Positions 42,775-51,153 of a stretch of DNA of 64,000 nucleotides are shown here, piece after piece. Source of the DNA: Candidatus Binatia bacterium (GTDB taxonomy: Bacteria > Desulfobacterota > Binatia > Bin18); assembly GCA_963664395.2 (NCBI GenBank), contig OY761159.2, positions 3,232,001 to 3,296,000 on the forward strand, given 5' to 3'. The notes below the pieces were generated by a model that saw nothing but the letters and a program-made list of their open reading frames with translations, made no database searches and was not told the DNA's origin. A program made the position numbers and the translations under genes. Position 1 is the first letter of the stretch, and each line of letters opens with the position of its first letter.

Positions 42775-43911
42775 TCAGACGAACGTGGCGACCGACAGCA
42801 CCAGCCGCACCAAGTCCACCTTCCCGGAGAGACCCTGCTTGTGGTAGATTTGATGCAGGTACCACCGGACCGAGCGTTCCGTATACTCCAGCGCCACAGC
42901 AATCTCGCGTACGGTCTGGCCTTCCGCCACCCAGGCCGCGATCTGGCTCTCCACCGGTGTCAGCCCCAGGGTCACGGCCACTAGGGCAGGGTCGATGTGG
43001 GACACCAGCCCCCGCTCGACCAGCAGCACCTGGGCAGCCACGCGCCCCGCCCCAAAGTCCATCTGCCGGACCCCCACCGGTTTGACGTGCACCACGAACG
43101 GTGGCAGCGCGGACGCGCGGTGGAGCCGCATTGACCCACTGACGGCGGGCGCACTGGAGGTCGGCAGTGCGGCGGCGACCAGCCGCTCCAGGCAGGCATG
43201 GTCAGCCGGCACGCGGGCGGCCAGCACGCCGCCCCGGTCCATCAGCCCATCGCCGTTTTGCAGGATGGCATGGGCACGGTCATTGGCCTCCACGATCTGC
43301 CTACGCCGGTCCAAGTAGATGACCCCGATCCGAGAGATGTCGAGCAGGGCGGTCATGGACGCGCCCAGTGCTTCGGCTTTGGCCAGCGCCTGCCGGATGC
43401 GGACAAATTGCCGGATATGGGGCAGTAGCCCTTTGACCAGCGTGAGTTGCGAGGACTCCCAACCACCTGGGGTGACCGGGTCAAAGGGGTGCCAGGCAAT
43501 ATGGGAGTCGTCAGACCCGTCCAGGCGGACATTCAAGCCATCCTGGCAATGCCAACGGGGAAACGCCTCGTTGTAGGTCGGCGAGGTCTTCAACTCTTGG
43601 GGGATGTACAGGGCGGGGGTGTGCACCACGCGGCTGTCGGGCAGTTGCCGGAAACGCGGTATGCCTTCGTTGATAGGGTGGTAGACTTCAAGGTACTCGC
43701 GCTCCCAGTCCTCACGGCGCTCCCCCCGGTAGTAGGAGCCGAGGAAGAAGACCCGGCTATCGTCCTGTGAGCCTTCGCGAATTATGAGGGAGTTGCCCAC
43801 CATGCCGCAGGCATCATCAATCAGCGCCGAGGTGGCCGGCCATAAGGTATCGTCAAGCATGGCGTCGTATAACGACGCCAGGATCCGCTCAAACGCGTCT
43901 TGGTCACTCAT
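42775..43911 (-). CDS. LuxR-type HTH transcriptional regulator with N-terminal sensor/PAS-like region
   Basis: C-terminal LTPVESQIAAWVAEGQTVREIA..SVRWYLHQIYHKQG; PAS-like GVIYLD...IVEANDRA. Confidence 0.9.
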   Translation of the reverse strand: MSDQDAFERILASLYDAMLDDTLWPATSALIDDACGMVGNSLIIREGSQDDSRVFFLGSYYRGERREDWEREYLEVYHPINEGIPRFRQLPDSRVVHTPALYIPQELKTSPTYNEAFPRWHCQDGLNVRLDGSDDSHIAWHPFDPVTPGGWESSQLTLVKGLLPHIRQFVRIRQALAKAEALGASMTALLDISRIGVIYLDRRRQIVEANDRAHAILQNGDGLMDRGGVLAARVPADHACLERLVAAALPTSSAPAVSGSMRLHRASALPPFVVHVKPVGVRQMDFGAGRVAAQVLLVERGLVSHIDPALVAVTLGLTPVESQIAAWVAEGQTVREIAVALEYTERSVRWYLHQIYHKQGLSGKVDLVRLVLSVATFV

Positions 43912-44077
43912 GCCGGTGCGTCCTTGTCCGGTGTTTCCAGTGAGGCGCAGTCATGGAGTCCGGACAGGAAAAGAAGAGCTGTGCTCGAACGGAGCGCCCC
44001 CATATGCCTTCAGCGCTTCACAAGAGAAGTTCATATACATGCTGTTCGCATATGCGTACCAAACCCTGCGGGCCCGG

Positions 44078-44099
44078 TCACCTATCAAATGATAGGTGA
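44078..44099. promoter_or_regulatory. Palindromic box copy 7, extended palindrome TCACCTATCA-AA-TGATAGGTGA
   Basis: Perfect 10-bp arms, ~170 bp upstream of the regulator ATG. Confidence 0.8.
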
Positions 44100-44358
44100 G
44101 ACGCACCGCCCGGTGGTCCGGCGAGTGCGGCCACCGATAACACCCGCCGTACCACGTCCACCTGCCGGAGAGACCCGGACGCCAAACTGGGCTTTAGCTT
44201 TTGTGGCAATCGCATGGCGCCCGTCGGCGACCTTGGGCCGTATGCCAGCCGGCTGCTCCAGGCGACAGAGTCCTCACTGTAGGGCTGAAGTCGTGATGTC
44301 GCCGGAGAGGGGCTGGGGAAATGGGTAGGTATCAGGGCCGTCCTTTGGTACTCTGTAA

Positions 44359-44985
44359 GTGGAGTTTCCGATGACGAGCGTTCCAGTATATGAGCCGAGT
44401 CCGCCGTTGGTGTTGCATACGCGACCGGCGATCGACCTGAGCCCTGAGCAATTCTATGAGTTCTGTTTGCTGAACAGCGAATGGCGTATCGAGCGAACCG
44501 CTGAGGGAGACCTGCGGATTATGGCGCCAGCCGGAGGAGGAACGGGCAGTCGGAACGCAATCATCACCTCAATGCTCACAACCTGGGCGTTGCAAGACGG
44601 AAGGGGCGTCGCCTTTGACTCTTCTACCGGGTTTACCTTGCCAAACGGAGCAACCCGTTCCCCCGATGCCGCCTGGGTGCAGCGCGCCCGCCTGACGGTA
44701 TTGACTGCCGAACAAAAGGAGAAATTCCTGCCCCTATGCCCTGACTTCGTGATTGAATTACGCTCCCCGTCCGATGACCTCGGGAGTGTGCAGGAGAAGA
44801 TGCAGGAATACCTGGACAATGGTGCTCAATTGGGTTGGCTGATTGATCCCTCCACGCGACAGGTCTACGTCTACCGTCCGTCTGTCACAGTTGAGCGGGT
44901 AGACGATCCCCCCCGCATGTCAGGAGACCCGGAACTCCCCGGCTTTGTGCTGGAGTTGATGCCTATTTGGGAACCGCTGTTTTGA
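44359..44985 (+). CDS. Uma2-family (DUF820) endonuclease-fold protein
   Basis: FDSSTGFTLPNGATRSPDAAW, CPDFVIELRSPSD, KMQEYLDNGAQLGWLIDP. Confidence 0.95.
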   Translation: MEFPMTSVPVYEPSPPLVLHTRPAIDLSPEQFYEFCLLNSEWRIERTAEGDLRIMAPAGGGTGSRNAIITSMLTTWALQDGRGVAFDSSTGFTLPNGATRSPDAAWVQRARLTVLTAEQKEKFLPLCPDFVIELRSPSDDLGSVQEKMQEYLDNGAQLGWLIDPSTRQVYVYRPSVTVERVDDPPRMSGDPELPGFVLELMPIWEPLF

Positions 44986-45273
44986 GGCGGGGTGGGGCGT
45001 TTGGGTCTCTATTCTAGGTGCTATCTCTCCATAAATAATCACACCGCTATACTCCGAGTTGACATCCGCTCTCGTATTGGGCTGGTTCTTGTCCGTCAAC
45101 ACTGCATGGGACTCGCTACGTCGGGTCACCTGCTCAATAGAACAGCCAGATACCCGGCGTGGGGTCGCTCCCCGTGCCCCGGTAAATAGGCGGGGACTTC
45201 ACACTTCCATGTGGTGTTGACAATGGCCCGGCATACTGGCTGGGTACACTGTATGTCATACGGGGAGATGGAT

Positions 45274-47324
45274 ATGACTTACCGGACAAAGGATACAGAC
45301 ACTATCTGGAAAGGATACAGCGCGGTGGGCGTGGGCGGCATTATCCTGTTGCTCTTCCTCAGTTGTCGTCTGGCCTCCGCCCAGGCAACGCTGGAAAATC
45401 CCCAGCTGAACTCTCGTTTCAGAGCGGTATTAGCGTAATCTCGGGCTGGGCGTGTGACGCGATTGCGGTCGTTATTGCCATCGATGACGATGAGAACTTC
45501 GACGAAGATGCCGACGGATTTGCCGATGCCGATGTCGAGCTGCTATTCCCAGTCTATGGCACAAGCCGAGGGGATACGATGGGCGTGTGCGGTGACACCG
45601 ACAACGGCTTTGGAGTGTTATACAACTGGAATAATCTCGGAGATGGGGTGTATACCGTGTGGGCGGGTTATGTAGGGCTAGATTCCGATGGAAACTCCAC
45701 GACGACCCTGTCTGCCCCGGTTGCGGTCACTGTGACGACACTCGGCTATGAATTTCTCAGGGGCGTGGAGAGGGAAGCAAGCTTTACGGGCTTTCCGTCT
45801 GCCGGAGACGGAATCAATCTTCAGTGGCAACAGAGTCTCCAGAATTTCGTCATCCGAGGGACTGCTAGTGCGAGCGGTGGTAATGCGGGCGCTCCGCCGA
45901 AGATTTTAGAAAATCCTCAGCCGGGGGCGTTTGTGAGTGGAATCGGTACCATCTCGGGCTGGGTGTGTGATGCCAACACGATAGAGATCGAGTTTGATAA
46001 TGACGCGGCCAACAGGTGGCAAGCGGGTTATGGGACGGCGCGAGTGGATACGTATGGTGTGTGCGGTGACGCCAACAACGGCTTTGGGCTGTTGTACAAT
46101 TGGAATAATCTCGGAGATGGCATTCACACTGTTCGTGCTCTCGCTGACGGCGTAGAGTTTGCCAGTGCAACGGTCGCGGTGACGACATTCGGAGAAGAAT
46201 TTCTCAGGGGTGCCAGCGGCACCTTTACGGTATCCGACTTTCCTCAACCTGGGGTCAGTGTTGATCTCCTGTGGCAGCAGAGTCAGCAGAATTTTACCAT
46301 CTCCAGAGTCTCCGGAGATGGGTCTGAGGGAGTACGCGCTGGTTTAGCGGCACTGAAGGCTGGCAATATGCGTGAAGCCAACACCGCTTTTCGTCGGGCA
46401 ACGATAAACGACCCGGCCGACACGACCGCCGGCTTCTATCATGCTTTGACCCGAATTCTGACAAAAGTGATTGACACGCCCCAACTCAGAGAACTTGCTC
46501 GTCGTAGCGATATATCCCTCAGTGGCGATGCCAGTGACGTTTGCCCGTTGGACCTCTCGCTTCCGAAAGATTTTCCGCACAGCGCCCCGCGAACCGAAGA
46601 GATCCTCGACGCCTTGCGAGATGTCCTCGTACCAGAGATTGATGCGGCTCTCACGACCCTGAACGGACTTCCCACCTCCATGGAAGTTCCTTTTGTTCTG
46701 GGGAATCTACCGCCCTGCTTGTCGGGAATCGCTGATGATTTTGTCGTCGAGATTGACCGGAGTGATGTGCAGACGCTCATCGCCATCTTACGGGCAATCC
46801 GGGGCGCGTCAGCAGTTCTTGCCGCGTATGACGTAGATGTGAGTTTGCAAGTGCTAACAACATCGACCCTGCAAGAAGTCCTGGCCGCAGAACCGACGAT
46901 TCTTTCCTTAGTGTCGCGCACACGTCTTTCGTCGGCACGGACGTTCTTTGACCAAGCCTTAACACAGGCGAGCCAGGCTATTCAGTCGGCTTTGGCGGAG
47001 ACGGACAGTCAAGCGGACGACCTCCTTGTTATTACTCCAGGGGATATTTCAGACGCCCAACGTCTCAGGCGGACTCTGGATTTCGTACGCCAGTCCTTGT
47101 ATGGGACCGTCGTACTACCGACAGATATTGGTCTCAACGATCCTGAACGACTGAACTTGAGTCTATTCTTTTCAGGTCGTCTCGGAGCGTTACGGTCGTT
47201 GGTGCCGGCTCCTGACGGGAGCTTCCCTGATCCGACGTTCGGCGGAATGGCTCCGGACTTAACGCAGCAAGATATCGAGGAATACCTCCCGGAGAAGGTC
47301 CTGACGTGGTTGAGGCGTGAATGA
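45274..47324 (+). CDS. Exported protein with 2x conserved domain at the N-terminus plus a helical C-terminal region; frameshifted at ~45411
   Basis: Signal peptide ..RLASAQATLENPQLNS continues as FQSGISVISGWACD if a CT duplication is removed. Confidence 0.8.
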
Positions 47325-48070
47325 TAAGCGCGACACAAGTCTTCAGAGGAGTCCGATTAGCGCGTTGGCTTCTCTGTGTCAGTGTCCTGAGCCTATGCTT
47401 AGGTGCTATCCTGTTGAGTTTTTACAACCAGCGTGAAGAACCCACCCTTTCTCCCAAGACTGGTGCAAGCGTATCTTTACAAGAATTTCGGACCACGCTG
47501 CTTGCGAACGGTCGTCCTCAGTTGCACGTCTCTGGAGACTCATTACGCATTTCTAAAACGCGCCTTATAGGTCCATTTCGCCTCGGCTTCATGCACACCC
47601 TTAAGGGGCAGAATATTGCGATTGAGATCGTTGATATGGCGGAGTTTGAAGCGACTCAATATACAGGTGATTCCGCCTTTTCGCCTCAACACATTCTCTC
47701 CCGCCTTGCCCCACAACAGACATTGGGGATCATATCCAGGATTGACCTGCAATCTGTCTCCTTGCAACTCAACCGAGACGAGCAGTTTTTTCTGAGTCTC
47801 TCTGCCGACCGCGCACAGGTCAAGCTCGGCAGTCCGAAGGTGAAGCTCCGGGGACATGTCACATTACGTTCTCATACCGGAGAGCGGCTCAGCGCGGAGG
47901 AGATGCGCTGGGACCAGCAAAATAAGGTCCTTGAGGTGGAAGGGGACTATGTCTTGGCAAGGCCCCACGCAGAGCAACGGGGCGCCAACGCATCATTTAT
48001 CGTCGACCGGAACGGTGCTCTGAAACGCTATTCCCGTACCCCACGAATTGCTCTCGGTGAGACATCGTAG
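47321..48070 (+). CDS. Membrane-anchored protein with LptC-like C-terminal region
   Basis: N-terminal TM helix; VKLRGHVTL..GERLSAEEMRWD..K pattern; ATGA overlap with the upstream gene. Confidence 0.5.
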   Translation: MISATQVFRGVRLARWLLCVSVLSLCLGAILLSFYNQREEPTLSPKTGASVSLQEFRTTLLANGRPQLHVSGDSLRISKTRLIGPFRLGFMHTLKGQNIAIEIVDMAEFEATQYTGDSAFSPQHILSRLAPQQTLGIISRIDLQSVSLQLNRDEQFFLSLSADRAQVKLGSPKVKLRGHVTLRSHTGERLSAEEMRWDQQNKVLEVEGDYVLARPHAEQRGANASFIVDRNGALKRYSRTPRIALGETS

Positions 48071-48094
48071 GCGCTCAAAGTCTTGTTCAGCCGC

Positions 48095-49495
48095 CTACAA
48101 CTCCGGGTGCTGTTGGTGCCACTCGGTGGCCTGTTCATACGCATGGCCAACCTGACAGACAGTCTGCTCATCGAACGGCTTGCCGGCAATCTGAAGACCG
48201 ACAGGTAAGCCGTCAGCATCAAAGCCGCACGGCACCTGAATGGCCGGCAGGCCGGTGAAATTGAAAATCGGTGTATAGACGCTGAAGTCCGTGGAAACGA
48301 TACTCAATCCGGGCGACTCTTCGGCAATGGGATTCACCTGAAAGCCGGCGGTGGGCAGCATCAGGACATCGACGCTGGTGTCGAGGGCATTGAGGAGAGC
48401 GTCCCGTACCTGGGCGCGGACTTGGGCGCCCATCAGATATTGCGCACCACTGACCAAAAGACCGTAGGCCACAAAGAGTTTGGCGTGGGGGTTATACTTC
48501 TCTCCGCAGTTGCGCACATTGTCCACATGGATGGCAGCGCAGTCAGCAAATAAACCGGGCCATTCAATGGCCTGTAGCTGGGTTAGCGAGATTGAAGGCA
48601 CATCGATAATTTCTGCCCCAAGCTCCTCGAATTTTTTCAGCGCTTTGTTATAAGGTCCGAGCAGTTTGGGATCACAGTTGTCTTCATAAATGGAACGTAA
48701 CAGCCCAATCCGCATGCCCGTAATGTCCTGACCAAGCTTCTCGGTAAAGTTCGGAACAGGCATATTTGCCGAGGCCGGGTCCAAGGGGTCATAACCGGCA
48801 CAGCCTTGCAGCATGAGGGCGGCGTCGGTCACGGTTCGGGTGAGCGGGCCGGTATGGTCGAGGCTCCACGAGAGCGGATACACGCCCGCTCGACTGACCC
48901 GCCCATAGGTCGCTTTGAGTCCGACAATGCCGCAGCACTGCGCCGGCCAGCGGATTGAACCGCCCGTACACGAACCCATACCGGCGTAGGCCATACCAGC
49001 CGCGGTCGAAGCTGCGGTGCCACTGCTCGACCCGCCGGCATCATGGGCAAGGTTCCAGGGATTATGGGTGGGCTGGTAATAGGACTGTTTGGTGGGAAAG
49101 CCATAGGCAAACTCATAGGTCGCGGTCTTGCCCAGGACCAGCGCGCCGGCTTCCTTGAGCTTGGCAACCGAGGTGCAGTCCTTTTCGGCAACATAGTGTT
49201 CCAGCGATTGGGAACCGCAGGTGGTTGGCCCGCATTCGTAGATGTCTTTGATTCCGATGGGGACGCCGTGCAGGGGGCCACGATAGGCCCCGCGTTGGAT
49301 CTCGGACTCAGCCGCTCGTGCAGCTTTGACAACCTCATCCTTGAAAACGGTATTAAAAGCATGGATCTGGGGTTCGAGTTGCTCTACTCGATCAAGCATG
49401 GCTTGGGTAACTTCAACCGGGGAGACGTCTCTCCGCTGAATTTTACCCGCGAGTTCCTCAATCGACATATACGCGAGTTCTTGGGCGGCTGTCAT
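48095..49495 (-). CDS. Amidase-signature family enzyme
   Basis: GPLHGVPIGIKD, AGGSSSG, GSCTGGSIRWPA. Confidence 0.93.
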   Translation of the reverse strand: MTAAQELAYMSIEELAGKIQRRDVSPVEVTQAMLDRVEQLEPQIHAFNTVFKDEVVKAARAAESEIQRGAYRGPLHGVPIGIKDIYECGPTTCGSQSLEHYVAEKDCTSVAKLKEAGALVLGKTATYEFAYGFPTKQSYYQPTHNPWNLAHDAGGSSSGTAASTAAGMAYAGMGSCTGGSIRWPAQCCGIVGLKATYGRVSRAGVYPLSWSLDHTGPLTRTVTDAALMLQGCAGYDPLDPASANMPVPNFTEKLGQDITGMRIGLLRSIYEDNCDPKLLGPYNKALKKFEELGAEIIDVPSISLTQLQAIEWPGLFADCAAIHVDNVRNCGEKYNPHAKLFVAYGLLVSGAQYLMGAQVRAQVRDALLNALDTSVDVLMLPTAGFQVNPIAEESPGLSIVSTDFSVYTPIFNFTGLPAIQVPCGFDADGLPVGLQIAGKPFDEQTVCQVGHAYEQATEWHQQHPEL

Positions 49496-49713
49496 TGTGC
49501 GCCCCCTTTCTTATCGAGGGCATGAATCAGCAAGGGTTCGCTTTCCGGCACGCTCATACCTTCAACAAGTTGGCGGGACTGCCGCATGTCTTCTACGACG
49601 CGCTGCCAGCGTAAGAGGTTTTCATACGGGCGTACAAGCTGATTGAGTTCCGCGTCAGTAAGCGCAAGATTCCATTCGGCGAGTCTTGCCGCAATGAGGG
49701 CTTTTGTGTCCAT
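49492..49713 (-). CDS. Small amidase-associated protein
   Basis: 73 aa, overlaps the amidase start by 4 nt, C-terminal ESEP. Confidence 0.6.
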   Translation of the reverse strand: MDTKALIAARLAEWNLALTDAELNQLVRPYENLLRWQRVVEDMRQSRQLVEGMSVPESEPLLIHALDKKGGAQ

Positions 49714-49722
49714 GCTACTCTC

Positions 49723-50007
49723 CTATTTCAGTTCTGTTTCCACAAAGACGAACTCATAGTCATTGGCATTAATCACATCGTGTTCGACCCCGACATTCCG
49801 AAAATAAGGGACGCCTTGGGTCAACTCGGCTTCGTGGTCGCCGTCGGGTGCTTTGAGTAATAACTGCCCCGTTGTCATTGGCACGACAACATAGTCGTAA
49901 GCATGCCGATGGTAGCCGGTGGCCGCACCGGGGGCGAAACGCCATTCCGTTACGCGTACGCGTTCGTTGTCAATGCGGATTGTTGATTGGGCTTTCTCCT
50001 GCGACAT
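49723..50007 (-). CDS. Cupin-domain protein (BauB-like)
   Basis: DNERVRVTEWRFAPGAATGYHRH..DYVVVP, GVEHDVIN. Confidence 0.88.
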   Translation of the reverse strand: MSQEKAQSTIRIDNERVRVTEWRFAPGAATGYHRHAYDYVVVPMTTGQLLLKAPDGDHEAELTQGVPYFRNVGVEHDVINANDYEFVFVETELK

Positions 50008-50096
50008 AAGACCCTCCTGCCCTGTTCCTGTGGAAAGAGCGTAGCGCAAGAATTTTGAGATGCAACTCTTTCTGCAAGTGGTTGCACGCCGGGAAT

Positions 50097-50804
50097 TTAC
50101 TCCTCAGCCACCCATTCACGTTGCATACGGTCCGGGGAGAGTCCCAGACGTGGCTTTCGCTCGGGGATAATCTGAAAACATGTGGAGTGAGCGGCTCCGA
50201 GCCCACAGAGCGTTTCATATCCGGCTGCCTGCTGCCAACGCCGGCAATCCGTGCTGCTGCTCCAGGAGCTGAGCAGGACGTAATGCACAGGAGCGCGCTG
50301 TGGAACAATGCCGGCGAGCTGGGCAAAAACATAGGGTGTATGGATGTGCTCGCCCTTCAGCGCCTCATAGGGAATGACACCGAAGCGCGAAATGTCTGAG
50401 AGCGCAACTGTTACCTGACTGTGCTCTTCATCTGAAAGCGCTGTATCCCGCAGCAGCATGGTTTCATTCAAGATGGTGCCGGTCGCCGCCTCGTGGTCCG
50501 CCAGTATACGTCCTTTGCGTAGGTAATAGGCGGTCCACCATTTTTCTCGGGCTTCATCCTGAATCTTCACATGTTCACGGTCGCGCTGCCAGTCTTCCAT
50601 CGCTTCAAGCGTGTCAAATTTGGCAAAGAAGAGCCACCAGGGAGTTCCCGCAATCGGCCCGCCATAGGTTTCTCGAAAGCCACCCTGTGCCCTGGCATGG
50701 GGCATGAACTGTTCATGGCGTTTACCGTAGGCTTCCAATAGTTCCAGGCGCGGACGAAAGCCGCCTTCGGCAATATGGAGGGTGGGTGGTACATCTTCAG
50801 GCAT
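50097..50804 (-). CDS. ABM/monooxygenase-fold protein
   Basis: FDTLEAMEDWQRDREHVKIQ..WWTAY resembles ABM/HmoA-type domains. Confidence 0.6.
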   Translation of the reverse strand: MPEDVPPTLHIAEGGFRPRLELLEAYGKRHEQFMPHARAQGGFRETYGGPIAGTPWWLFFAKFDTLEAMEDWQRDREHVKIQDEAREKWWTAYYLRKGRILADHEAATGTILNETMLLRDTALSDEEHSQVTVALSDISRFGVIPYEALKGEHIHTPYVFAQLAGIVPQRAPVHYVLLSSWSSSTDCRRWQQAAGYETLCGLGAAHSTCFQIIPERKPRLGLSPDRMQREWVAEE

Positions 50805-51153
50805 GCTGCTCTCCCTTAATTCTGTCCTGGGCTGGTTCCCATGCTATTTCGACCTTGTGAATTTTGTAGTCCCAGCAATCTCCCATAACGCCGTCTTCCT
50901 TGCTCACAAAGATATAGCACCCCCCTCTTCCGTTGACATATCCGCTGGCTTTGTACACAGTCCTTTCTGTCAACTTCCAGTAGCGAGCCCGCTGAGTCGG
51001 GTCGCCTGCTGAATACAAGAACCGTCACACGGGAGGGAGTCATGATCCTCCTGTGGTGAATAGGCAGGACCTCACTCCATTCGTTGCTGTGAAGTTGACA
51101 CGGCCCGGCATTCCCCGGGCGGAAACGGTTGATATATTGAGGAGGAGCGTACC

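Noticed and set aside
20404-44099. Boxes as integron attC or dif sites
   Set aside because: No RYYYAAC..GTTRRRY ends, long hairpins or dif consensus, and no intact integrase; orientation follows the downstream gene
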